A stretch of 64,000 nt of DNA from an uncultured Spirochaetota bacterium (GTDB taxonomy: Bacteria > Spirochaetota > Spirochaetia > SZUA-6 > Fen-1364), in assembly GCA_963734545.1 (NCBI GenBank), contig CAVTHO010000004.1, positions 352,001-416,000 on the forward strand. The letters are read 5' to 3'. Position 1 is the first letter of the stretch. Every line of letters starts with the position of its first letter. Shown here in pieces: positions 30,712 through 42,168 of the stretch. Both the position numbers and the translations under genes were made by a program. The notes under the pieces were generated by a model. It saw nothing but the letters and a program-made list of their open reading frames with translations. It did not search any database and was not told the origin of the DNA.

Positions 30712-33700
30712 CTATTTGACGACAAGCACCTTTCTGATTTCATCGATTCCGGGGGCCACGATCTTGATGAAGTAGATGTTCCGCGACACTGCCCTGCCCG
30801 CCCTGTTCCGACCGTCCCAGCTGGCGGAGTAGATTCCCGCGGACTGGTATCCCGCGTACAGGACATTCACGATATCTCCGCCCAGGGAGAATACCTGTAT
30901 CGTGACTCTCCCGCTCGAGGAAAGGGTGTACGTCAACCGTGTCCTGTCACCGGCCCGGGGATTGATGACGTTTTCCACGATCGTCACGCCGCCTCGCTGC
31001 CGGAGGACATCGGAGATCTTGAATGCGTAGGGCCGGACGGTGCGCGGATCATCCGGATCCAGGACCCGCAGGCAATACCTTGTTCCCAGACCGAAATCGG
31101 CGGCGAAGAGGAACTCGATAGTATTGCCGTCCGCCACTTCGCCGTCCGCCGCGGGAATGGAGAAGTCACGAAGCAGGTCGAAGTCAGTCCCCGAATCAGC
31201 CTGCACGATGGAACGGGCGGCGACGTCCGCCGGCGCCAACCCATCAATTGAAGCGGGAAGCCAGAAGCCGAGCGGTCGGAACGATGAAGGAACTGCCGCG
31301 TCGAAAACGATGTCCAACGGGGTGGCGGGCGCGGCCGCCGTGTTGAACCGCGCCTCGAGAGTTATGTCCCGGTCAAGAAGCCTGCCCGGTCCCGTCGAAC
31401 ACCTTGAGCGCGCCCGATTTCGATACCGGAATATCCGTGTGAATCCCGTCATGCGCCCAGACGGGAATCACCACGTCCAGCATGAGCTGGGAAACAGCAT
31501 GTGTGACCGGGCTCATGGGAAGACCGACCGAATCATAAATCGCATTCAAGGGCACACTGAGCTGGTCAGCAGTCACGTTCGACGCGGCAAGGGGCGCGGC
31601 AACGGTCAGGAAGGCTTCCCGGGGCCCGATTGGAACGATGCCGGTCAACGGCGCATAGGTGATGTCTCCCGGTGCGAGCGGATTCAAAGAGACGTCCGTG
31701 TAGACCGGTTCGGAGAACTCGATGTAGATGCGCGTGCCGTTGACAGCAGCCAGCGTGACGCCGATCACGGGCGGTGCGTCGTCTGTCGCCGCCACGCCGG
31801 TAGATTCGGATTCCATGGCGTAAAGGCCGCTGGAGCTTTTCAGGGAACCACCGCCGCGAACCCTGACGAGCGGTGTGGCGCCGGTGTCAAATGAAGAACC
31901 TTTCTGCAAGCTGACGTAAAACACATTGTCACCGCCGGCGCCTGTGGCGTATCCGGCAACCGAGTACCCTGCAACCGCGATATCGAGGCCGGTGAAGTCA
32001 TCATTCAGATTCTGCAGCGTGGTGATCCTGACCTGCTCGATGAAACCGTCGCTGTTCGAATCCACCGTCTCGCGTGAAACAATGGTGATTGCGGATGGAA
32101 TGAGCGCAACGGCCCCGGTTGTCTGCGCGCCGGGCATCGGGTTGCCCGCAGCGTCGAACACCGCGTTTCCGTTCGCGGGGATGACCGTGATTGTTTCGAG
32201 GCCGTTGGCGACGCCCGTGATGGAGAGGGTGACCCGGATCGCACTTTCACCGCCTGCCAGAGGATTGTCGGAGGTATCTGTCAGGCCTGCAATCGCGGCG
32301 CCTGTCGCATTGCCGCCGTTCTGCGCGAATGAGAGGGCCAGGTCTGTCACGATCAAAGCCGAGCTTCCGGTATGGAAAACACCCTCGCTCATCTGGACAT
32401 CAATGTAGGCGTTCGTAGTCAGCGTGGAGCCGGTGATCAGCGGCACCACCCCGTCCACGTCCAGGTTCTTGTTCGCCGCCAGCGAGCCCGCCGCCCCAGG
32501 TGCCGCCAGCGTCAGGGTGGCGTCATTCAGATGCCCGTCCCTTATCGTGGCCCCGTTGGCTGACAGCGACCCGGTTGCCACGTAGTCCAGGTCCCCATTC
32601 ACGTCCCCGGCTGCCACCGTGTAGCTGAACACCAGCGTGGCAGTCCCGCTCCCGCTGGTGTAGCTCACCGTGCGGTCCACCGCCCCGGTCTCCAGCGTCA
32701 ACGTCGGCGTCCCCCCCGCCACCGTCACCACCTTGGAGAAGCTCACCTGCACCGTCACCACGTCTGCCAGCTTGATCAGCCCGTCGGCATTGCTGGCGCT
32801 CACCCCCGTCACTACCGCCACCACCCCGTCCACGTCCAGGTTCTTGTTCGCCGCAAGGGAGCCCGCCGCCCCAGGTGCCGCCAGCGTCAGGGTGGCGTCA
32901 TTCAGGTGCCCGTCCCTTATCGTGGCCCCGTTGGCTGACAGCGACCCCGTTGCCACGTAGTCCAGGTCCCCATTCACGTCCCCGGCTGCCACCGTGTAGC
33001 TGAACACAAGCGTGGCTGTCCCGCTCCCGCTGGTGTAGCTCACCGTGCGGTCCACCGCCCCGGTCTCCAGCGTCAACGTCGGCGTCCCCCCCGCCACCGT
33101 CACCACCTTGGAGAAGCTCACCTGCACCGTCACCACGTCTGCCAGCTTGATCAGCCCGTCGGCATTGCTGGCGCTCACCCCCGTCACTACCGCCACCACC
33201 CCGTCCACGTCCAGGTTCTTGTTCGCCGCCAGCGAGCCCGCCGCCCCAGGTGCCGCCAGCGTCAGGGTGGCGTCATTCAGATGCCCGTCCCTTATCGTGG
33301 CCCCGTTGGCTGACAGCGACCCCGTTGCCACGTAGTCCAGGTCCCCATTCACGTCCCCGGCTGCCACCGTGTAGCTGAACACAAGCGTGGCTGTCCCGCT
33401 CCCGCTGGTGTAGCTCACCGTGCGGTCCACCGCCCCGGTCTCCAGCGTCAACGTCGGTGTCCCCCCCGCCACCGTCACCACCTTGGAGAAGCTCACCTGC
33501 ACCGTCACCACGTCTGCCAGCTTGATCAGCCCGTCGGCATTGCTGGCACTCACCCCCGTCACTACCGCCACCACCCCGTCCACGTCCAGGTTCTTGTTCG
33601 CCGCCAGCGAGCCCGCCGCCCCAGGTGCCGCCAGCGTCAGGGTGGCGTCATTCAGATGCCCGTCCCTTATCGTGGCCCCGTTGGCTGACAGCGACCCCGT

Positions 33701-36700
33701 TGCCACGTAGTCCAGGTCCCCATTCACGTCCCCGGCTGCCACCGTGTAGCTGAACACAAGCGTGGCAGTCCCGCTCCCGCTGGTGTAGCTCACCGTGCGG
33801 TCCACCGCCCCGGTCTCCAGCGTCAACGTCGGCGTCCCCCCTGCCACCGTCACCACCTTGGAGAAGCTCACCTGCACCGTCACCACGTCTGCCAGCTTGA
33901 TCAGCCCGTCGGCATTGCTGGCGCTCACCCCCGTCACTACCGCCACCACCCCGTCCACGTCCAGGTTCTTGTTCGCCGCAAGGGAGCCCGCCGCCCCAGG
34001 TGCCGCCAGCGTCAGGGTGGCGTCATTCAGATGCCCGTCCCTTATCGTGGCCCCGTTGGCTGACAGCGACCCCGTTGCCACGTAGTCCAGGTCCCCATTC
34101 ACGTCCCCGGCTGCCACCGTGTAGCTGAACACAAGCGTGGCAGTCCCGCTCCCGCTGGTGTAGCTCACCGTGCGGTCCACCGCCCCGGTCTCCAGCGTCA
34201 ACGTCGGCGTCCCCCCCGCCACCGTCACCACCTTGGAGAAGCTCACCTGCACCGTCACCACGTCTGCCAGCTTGATCAGCCCGTCGGCATTGCTGGCGCT
34301 CACCCCCGTCACTACCGCCACCACCCCGTCCACGTCCAGGTTCTTGTTCGCCGCCAGCGAGCCCGCCGCCCCAGGTGCCGCCAGCGTCAGGGTGGCGTCA
34401 TTCAGATGCCCGTCCCTTATCGTGGCCCCGTTGGCTGACAGCGACCCCGTTGCCACGTAGTCCAGGTCCCCATTCACGTCCCCGGCTGCCACCGTGTAGC
34501 TGAACACAAGCGTGGCAGTCCCGCTCCCGCTGGTGTAGCTCACCGTGCGGTCCACCGCCCCGGTCTCCAGCGTCAACGTCGGCGTCCCCCCCGCCACCGT
34601 CACCACCTTGGAGAAGCTCACCTGCACCGTCACCACGTCTGCCAGCTTGATCAGCCCGTCGGCATTGCTGGCGCTCACCCCCGTCACTACCGCCACCACC
34701 CCGTCCACGTCCAGGTTCTTGTTCGCCGCCAGCGAGCCCGCCGCCCCAGGTGCCGCCAGCGTCAGGGTGGCGTCATTCAGATGCCCGTCCCTTATCGTGG
34801 CCCCGTTGGCTGACAGCGACCCCGTTGCCACGTAGTCCAGGTCCCCATTCACGTCCCCGGCTGCCACCGTGTAGCTGAACACAAGCGTGGCAGTCCCGCT
34901 CCCGCTGGTGTAGCTCACCGTGCGGTCCACCGCCCCGGTCTCCAGCGTCAACGTCGGCGTCCCCCCTGCCACCGTCACCACCTTGGAGAAGCTCACCTGC
35001 ACCGTCACCACGTCTGCCAGCTTGATCAGCCCGTCGGCATTGCTGGCGCTCACCCCCGTCACTACCGCCACCACCCCGTCCACGTCCAGGTTCTTGTTCG
35101 CCGCAAGGGAGCCCGCCGCCCCAGGTGCCGCCAGCGTCAGGGTGGCGTCATTCAGATGCCCGTCCCGTATCGTGGCCCCGTTGGCTGACAGCGACCCCGT
35201 TGCCACGTAGTCCAGGTCCCCATTCACGTCCCCGGCTGCCACCGTGTAGCTGAACACCAGCGTGGCAGTCCCGCTCCCGCTGGTGTAGCTCACCGTGCGG
35301 TCCACCGCCCCGGTCTCCAGCGTCAACGTCGGCGTCCCCCCTGCCACCGTCACCACCTTGGAGAAGCTCACCTGCACCGTCACCACGTCTGCCAGCTTGA
35401 TCAGCCCGTCGGCATTGGGCGAGGTCACATTCGTGACAACGGCGGGAATTCCGTCGCTCACAGTGACGGCTGCAGTCTGGCTGCTGCCGTTTGCCGAAGA
35501 ATCGGCCACGGAGCCGGAATTGGTGAGCCTGACGCTTCCCGTTTCCATGTTGCCGATGGAGGCAGCAAGCGTGATCACGACAACGTTGTCGTTCGACGTA
35601 CCACCCGTCGAGAAGCCGGCGCCCTGCGCGTTCGCGCTCAAAGTGGAGAAGCCGCTGAACGTGAAATCCGCTCCGATCACGGAGGAATCCGCGACGCTTT
35701 CCGAAAGGGTGACCTGCACCGTGTTGACGCTTAAGGTCCGGGCAGAGAGAATCGCAGGCCCGGCCTTATCCAGCGTGGCAGGCGCGGCATGAGACGCCAT
35801 GAGTGTGCCGGATGCGTCACGCGCGCCGCCGGCTGAATTATAGGAGATGGCGGGCGTTATGCTCGTGGCCAGCGCCCCGTCCGTGAACGTGAGGTAGATG
35901 TCCGCGTCACCGGCCGTGTCCCCGTTGGTCGTGGAGCTGAATGCAAGACCCGCGGCGCCCGCCACCGTGAAACCTCCGGCAGCCGCCGTGATCGTTGCAT
36001 CATTCATGTTCGCGCTGAAGGTGATACGGACCGCGTCGATGAAGCCGTTGTTGTTCAGATCAAGGGTCTCCACGGCTGTCATGGTCGGTGAAGCGGGAAT
36101 GTTCGCCGTGACCGCCACGACTGACGTCTGAGTATTGGCGTTTGCAGAGAGATCTTTCAGAAGCCCCGCTGCCGACAGCTTGACGAAACCGGTGTATGCG
36201 ATGTTCGTCAGGCTGGCCGGGAGTGTGATGACGATCACGTTGTCGTTGGCCGTGCCGCCGGTGGAAAACGCGATGCCCTGGCCGTTTGCGCCCGGCGTCC
36301 CGAATCCGGAAAACACGAAATCCGCGGCAAACGCCGTGGCGTCATCCGCGCTCTCTGAAAGCGTAATCTCCACCGTGTTGATCGTCGTCGTGCGCGCGGA
36401 AACGATGGCGATCCCCGCCTTGTCGAGGGATGCAGCGGCGGGATACGCCGCGAGAGCAATCGCCGTTGCGTCCTGCACACCGCCCGGAGTGTAGGTGACA
36501 TTCGGCCGGGACCCGGAGTTGAGAATATTGTCGGTAATCGTCAGGTACATGACGTTGTCACCCGCTGTGCCGCCCGTGTTGAAGCCCGTGACCACTCCCC
36601 CCGCCACGGAGAACCAGGCGGTGGTGGTGAAAGTGGCGTCATTCATGTTCCGGTTGAATACCAGCTTGATCCTGTCTATGAAGCCGTCGCTGTCCGTGTC

Positions 36701-39700
36701 GGCCGTTTCCGCGTAGAGAATCGCCGGTGTTCCCGTGATGCCGTCCGCCACCGCGACAGGAGAGGTCTGCGTGTTCGCATTGCCTGCAGGGTCGTTCACG
36801 TAGCCGGTATTCGTGAACCTGGCATTTCCCGTCTCATTGACCCCGATGCTGGCAGCCAGCGTGATGAGAATCACATTGTCGTTCGCGGTCGTGCCCGTTG
36901 CAAAGCCGATGCCCGCGGCATTTGCCCCGCCCGTCGTGAACCCTGCGAACGTAAAGTCCCCGCCCCAGACACTGGCGTCGGCAACAGGCTCGCTGAGCGT
37001 GATTTCCACCTGTGTCGTCGAAAATGTCCGCGCGCTGATGATCGCCGGGCCGGACTTGTCTGCCGCAGTCTGCGCGGGCTGACTGGGAAGGGCGACAGGT
37101 GTCGGGTAATTGTCCGTCACGCTCCCCGCGGTGTAGCTGACGCCCGGCATGGCCCCGGTGCCCAGGACTCCATCCGTGAGGGTGAGGTACTCCACCGTAT
37201 CATTGCCCGGTCCCGCCTGTCGTGAACCCGGTCACCGTGGCCCCTGACACGGAGAAATCGCTGGTGCTTGTGAAGGTGGAATCCTTCATGTTCTTGGTAA
37301 AAACGAGCTTGATGCCGTCGATGTACCCGTCGCTGTTCGCGTCCGTGGTTTCCGCGCTCAGGAGCATGGGCGAGGGGCTGATTCCCGCTGAAACGGCCAC
37401 GGTCCCGGTCTGCGTGCTCGTATTGCCCGCCGGATCTCCGATAACTCCGGCCGCGGAGAACTGCGCAAAGCCTGTTTCGGCGACGCCGATCGACGCGGCA
37501 AGCGTGACAACCACGATATTGTCGTTCGCCGCGCTTCCCGTGTCGAACCCGGTTCCCGCCGCATTGGCTCCCCCGTTGCAAAACCCGAGAACGTAAAGTC
37601 GCCGCCGTTCATCGTCGTATCATCCACCGGCTCGGAAAGCGTCAGCTCCACGGTGTTGACGGTGCGCGTCCGCGCGCTGAGGATTGCCGGCCCCGCCCTG
37701 TCAGCCGCTGTCAGCGGGCCCTGGTCAGGCAGAGCGTGAGGAGTTCCATCATTGTCGGTGATATTGGCCCCGACGACGTCCGTGTCGTAGGAGAACTGAA
37801 CCGTCTGGCCCGATTTCAACACCCCGTCCGTGAAGGTAATGTAAACGTCATTGTCATTGGCCGTGTCCCCGTTTGTCGTCGAGCTGAATGCAAGACCTGA
37901 GGCTCCCGCGATTGCGAAACCGGTGGCCGCCGCGGCGATGGAAGAATCCTTGATGTTCTTGTTGAAGATGACGTGCAGCGCGTCGAGAGAGCCGTCGCTA
38001 TTGAGATCGCATGTCTCGACGCCCGTGATGAAAGGATTTGCGTCGAGGATGGTATAGGTCCTGTCATCCACTGCCTGGTAGGTGGCACCGTCGTCCCAGG
38101 AGAGCTCGAGGTGGCCGGCGGACGCGCTGTTCAGGTTCACGAAGGCGAGCCGGGTAATCGACCCGATGGTCAACTTGCTCGGGGTGATGCCGACGGAAAC
38201 AGGCGTAAAGGTGCCGGTGACCTGGATCCGCATTGTCCTGCTGTCGGGATACGTGGCAGCGGGGTTGACGCTGCCGCTGCCGTTCACGGTGAACGTGGGA
38301 TTGGTCACGCTGGTATCCCACGCGCAGTCCAGGCTCGCGGGGATCCTGATCCTCAGGAACTGCCCGACGGTGAAATACGGTGACACGAGCGCGTCCACCA
38401 GGACGATCTCATTCAGGTTGAGCGGACCGGCCCCGGGGGAAATGTCATCGAGTAGTAGGACGCTATGCTGGGCGAGTTGTTGAGCACGAAGCTCGCCGTC
38501 ACGAAGGCGGATGAATGCGACCCGAAGATGTCACTGGAACCGTAGCCGTCCCAGTACGCCGCCACGTCCACCGTGCCGGCGGGCGAAGGTTTCCTGATAG
38601 TCAGGTATCCCATGCCGCTCGGGTCGGTCTTTATCATCGCCGTGGTGATATTGTTCGTGCTGCCGGCATTGACCGCCGTGATATTTCCTCCATTGTTGAG
38701 GGTCACGTAGATGTTCCGGGACAGGGGAAGAGGCGAGTTGCTGTAGTCGACGACCTGCAGATTGACGGTCACCGTGTCATTGTCGTCCGCAATCGCAACC
38801 CCGCTCGAAGAGTAGGAGTTGAATCCCAGCGGCGGAACGACGACCTCCTTGGTGAATGTCATGACCACGTGGTCAGCCGGGGGAGCCGTGTACGGCGTGG
38901 CATACAGGGGATAGAGCTCCCCGGTGACGCTGTTCTTGAACCACACCTCGGCCACATCTATTCCGTCTGTCCCCGCTGCGCCCTCCGTGTACACCGCCTT
39001 CCATGTCGAGTTCTTCTGTGCAGAGCCAATGGCAAAGCTCTTCTGCGCGGTAGTTCCGTTCGTCGAGGCAGTGAGGGAGCCCTGGGAGACGTTGGCATTG
39101 TCGTACAGCGTGCCGGTATTGTTGTTGTCGAAGTCGTAGTTCCACGCGACAATGCTGCCGGTGGCAGTGTCGGGAACGAAGGGATAGAACGAATAGGATT
39201 TCCCTCCGCCTCTGACAAAGGGCACGCCCAGCACGTATGCGAATGCCCTGATCGTGCTCACGCCCGTCGGAGCTCCGGTGTTGGTGAACGAGACGTCATA
39301 CTGGTAGGAGTTCTTCGTCGGCGCGCCGCCCGTGGCCTCCACGGTGATCTTGAAATAGTACTTGTTCCCGATATGCTCGCCCTGCGTCGGGGACACCCCG
39401 CCGAAGTATGCCCAGCCTGCCGTATTCCATCCCACGGCGTTGTCCCAGTGCCAGTCCAGCATGTTGCCGATGTATTTGTCGTTGCCCGCGACGATCAATC
39501 CCCGGGCGCTCGGATCGCTGTAGCATCCCGGCCCTCCGAAGAGATTGAACCGGGACATCGACAGGCCGCCCTCGTCCGGCGCGGCGCCGGTCACGCCGGG
39601 ATTGTTCACCGCGAAGTAGAGTGTGGAGGTGATGCTGTCGGGCACCTCGAAAAAAACGGTCTGCATGAAGTCCTGGTCCCCATCGATCGCGTTTCTCGTG

Positions 39701-39813
39701 CTGCTGAGATACGCGTTGGGGTCAGAGGGCATTCTACTCTGGGCAGAGAGAGGAACCGGGAGGAGGATTGAGGCGATGAGAAGAGCCAGCGACGTTTTCA
39801 AGGCGCACCACAT
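30712..39813 (-). CDS. Giant (~3,000 aa) repetitive surface protein/adhesin with C-terminal FlgD-Ig/CTD-like domain; four frameshifts (~38435, ~37575, ~37205, ~31385)
   Basis: Signal peptide ending ..PLSAQ; ORFs 38413-39813, 37358-38398, 37200-37514, 31373-37195 and 30712-31452 join at G/C runs; Ig-like repeats; C-terminal WDGRNRAGRAV...YFIKI...RKVLVVK. Confidence 0.8.
32444..35417. repeat. Eight tandem 375-bp (125-aa) intragenic repeats
   Basis: Unit marker CCGTCCACGTCCAGGTTCTTGTTCGCCGC recurs at 32451, 32826, 33201, 33576, 33951, 34326, 34701 and 35076. Confidence 0.97.
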
Positions 39814-39921
39814 ACAAGTTTAGCGCAAAAAGCCCCCACTCTCTAAATCGACAATAAGGCGCTTTTTCCAGACTGGAACGGATGTGGGGACAGGTTGGCG
39901 CGCGCAGATTCACGGCGCTGT

Positions 39922-39957
39922 GGAGAGGCCGCCGATGCCGGGCCGGCGGCCCTCTCC
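39922..39957 (-). terminator. GC-rich hairpin after the AraC/GyrI gene
   Basis: GGAGAGGCCGCCG...CGGCGGCCCTCTCC near-perfect stem; no clear U-tract. Confidence 0.4.
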
Positions 39958-39965
39958 GGGCGCTG

Positions 39966-40853
39966 TCAGGCCTTCTTGACCGGGAGCCAGACCTCGCAGT
40001 AGTAGTCCGCGGCCCTGGTGTCTCCCATCGAGTAGACCTCCAGGTCAGGACTGCTGGCATGCTCGTAGCCGGACGTCGGAAACCATTCCGAGTAGATGCG
40101 CCTCCAGACATCCTGGATTGCACCGGGCAGGGGCCCACGCGAGCCGAACACGGCCCAGGTCCCGGCAGGCACCGCCACATCCGTGCAGCCCCTGGGAAGG
40201 GCCTTCCGCGCCTGGGCGTCCTTCGGACGCTCGATCCCGACGAGATAAGTGAAGGTATTGGTCTTGTCGTCGAAATCGTTGACGCATATGCCCATGACAC
40301 CCAGCTTTGTATCTTTCGGCATCGCGCGCTCCAGAGCCTTCACGTGCCCCTTGCCGTTGCACTCATCCCAGAATGCCGGAATTTGACGTAAGTTCGCACC
40401 ATTTTCAGTGCTCGCGCGGATTGTGAGGCCCGTCACGGCAAACTCGTCCCGCTTCTCGATCCTGAACTCCATTGCCACATCTCCCTTCAGGACAACAGAG
40501 AAGGACATTCGCGGCCATACCTGCAGACGCACGCCGCCCGCCCGTGCTTCGCTCGGCGTGATGCCGAACTCGCGTTTGAACGCCCTGGCAAAGGCGTCCG
40601 GCGAGTCATACCCGAACCGGAGCGCCAGGTCTGTCACGCGCACTTCTCCCTCGGAAAGCTCCAGCGCGGCCCGGCTGAGCCGGCGCCGCCTGACGTACTC
40701 GCCGACGGTCACTCCGGTGACCACCTGGAACATCCTGAGAAAGTGGAAAGTCGAACAGTTCGCCTCGGCCGCGGCGCTCCTGAATTCGATCTCCCCGTCC
40801 AGGCCCCGTTCAAGGTAGTCCATGGCGGCTTCCATGCGTTCCTGCCAGTTGAT
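39966..40853 (-). CDS. AraC family regulator with C-terminal GyrI-like effector-binding domain
   Basis: EYVRRRRLSRAA, YDSPDAFARAFKREFG.TPS; IQDVWRRIYSEWFP..GYE, EVWLPV; start codon uncertain (ATC at 40853 follows an RBS). Confidence 0.9.
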   Translation of the reverse strand: MNWQERMEAAMDYLERGLDGEIEFRSAAAEANCSTFHFLRMFQVVTGVTVGEYVRRRRLSRAALELSEGEVRVTDLALRFGYDSPDAFARAFKREFGITPSEARAGGVRLQVWPRMSFSVVLKGDVAMEFRIEKRDEFAVTGLTIRASTENGANLRQIPAFWDECNGKGHVKALERAMPKDTKLGVMGICVNDFDDKTNTFTYLVGIERPKDAQARKALPRGCTDVAVPAGTWAVFGSRGPLPGAIQDVWRRIYSEWFPTSGYEHASSPDLEVYSMGDTRAADYYCEVWLPVKKA

Positions 40854-40927
40854 GCGCCGTCCTCCTCTTCGTCCCACAAGATACTACCTCGGATGGCGGC
40901 GCGCCGGCCCGACATTCATTGCGCTCT

Positions 40928-41830
40928 TCAGACGGGTCTCTCCAGCGCCGCCCGATCCCATCCCGAGAGGCTGGCAGCCGCTTCATACGTGCTGCCGCAA
41001 AAGTCCAGGAGGGCCTGCTCGGGATTGTCCGCTGTACGCATGTCCTCATAGCGGAACAGGAACTCGCGCAGCTGAGGATGGTAGAACGCGGCGGCGGGCA
41101 GGATGGCGGCGCTCCTGAGACCGGGAGGCTCCGGAGCGGCATAGGCGTAGAAGGCCGGCTCTTGAAAGGTCTCTCCGCCGGGCCAGAAGCCGCAGCTGAT
41201 GACCTCGTGCGAGTAGCCCTCTTTCGTCATCACGTCCGCTCCCACGCGTTCGGGAGCGCGCCGGCCCGAGAAAAAGCTCACTGCCAGGTCGAAGCTTCCC
41301 CAGAAAAAATGGACCGGGCTGCACTTGCCGATGAACCGGGACCGGTGGCGCCTGAGGACCATTGCAGTCTCGAGCAGGATCCGCCAGAACCGGGCGGCGT
41401 AGACAGGATCGTATGAGGCGTGCTGTTCGTCCTGGTCGCAGGGAATCGGGTTCTCTATTTCACTGGGAACCGGGTTGATGGCGACTTTGATCTCCAGGGC
41501 GCGCAGGCATTCCATGAACTCACGGTAGAGCTCGGCAACGGAGCGGGGAACCAGCGGCATGGCCCTGGAAGTGCCATCTGACGCGAGTATCAGCAGCCTG
41601 TGGTCGATGAAGTCGAACTGGACCTCAAAGACCCTGCCCTGTTTGTCATTGAAGGGGATGGGGCCCGTGGTCAGCCCGCGGACCGTCACCCGCAGCGAAA
41701 TGTGCCACCAGTGATTCTCATACGGGTTCAGCTTCAGCTTGACCTTGCCCACGATCTGGGTCCACAGGTGAAGCGTGTCGAGCGTGTCCTTCCACGCACT
41801 GTAAGAAAGGGCCGGCCACTTTTCTTCCAT
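40928..41830 (-). CDS. DUF5996 family protein
   Basis: TLHLWTQIVGK, NHWWH, GKCSPVHFFWGSFDLAV, SCGFWPG, FYAYAAPEP. Confidence 0.85.
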   Translation of the reverse strand: MEEKWPALSYSAWKDTLDTLHLWTQIVGKVKLKLNPYENHWWHISLRVTVRGLTTGPIPFNDKQGRVFEVQFDFIDHRLLILASDGTSRAMPLVPRSVAELYREFMECLRALEIKVAINPVPSEIENPIPCDQDEQHASYDPVYAARFWRILLETAMVLRRHRSRFIGKCSPVHFFWGSFDLAVSFFSGRRAPERVGADVMTKEGYSHEVISCGFWPGGETFQEPAFYAYAAPEPPGLRSAAILPAAAFYHPQLREFLFRYEDMRTADNPEQALLDFCGSTYEAAASLSGWDRAALERPV

Positions 41831-41832
41831 GG

Positions 41833-42111
41833 CTATTCGAACGCGACCTCATCCACGTAGCACCACATCCAGTTCTCCCCCGGCTCCAGGGACTTGATGA
41901 TCGGGTGACTGGTCTCGTGGAAATGCTTCGTTGCGTGCCTGTTCTTCGACTGGTCGCAGCACCCCACGTGACCGCAGGTGAGGCACAGGCGGAGATGCAC
42001 CCAGGAATCGCCCGTCTTCAGACAATCCTCGCACCCTTCCGTGTTCGGCGAGACGTCCCTTATCTGGTCGAGATGTGCGCATATCGGCTGAGGCGGTTTC
42101 TTCTTTTTCAT
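41833..42111 (-). CDS. UBP-type zinc finger protein
   Basis: CAH..CEDC..WVHLRLCLTCGHVGCCDQSKNRHATKHF..WCYVDE. Confidence 0.92.
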   Translation of the reverse strand: MKKKKPPQPICAHLDQIRDVSPNTEGCEDCLKTGDSWVHLRLCLTCGHVGCCDQSKNRHATKHFHETSHPIIKSLEPGENWMWCYVDEVAFE

Positions 42112-42168
42112 CCGGAGTAATATAGGCAAAATTCCCCGAATAGTGGCGGCGGAATTGCCGGCGCTCGC

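Noticed and set aside
32066-32081. parS-like sequence CGTCTCGCGTGAAACA
   Set aside because: Three mismatches to the consensus TGTTTCACGTGAAACA, single copy, inside a CDS, and no parA. Probably chance.
32444-35417. Repeat array as CRISPR or non-coding RNA array; the repeated plus-strand ORFs (seven of 96 aa, one of 165 aa)
   Set aside because: There are no unique spacers, the unit is an in-frame multiple of 3 with only silent changes on the minus strand, and no cas or reverse transcriptase gene is nearby. The plus-strand ORFs are antisense shadows.
30712-39813. Programmed frameshifting or phase variation in the giant adhesin gene
   Set aside because: The shifts occur in short (3-5 nt) G/C runs, like those in ordinary genes in this window. 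Sequencing error is more parsimonious than contingency tracts.
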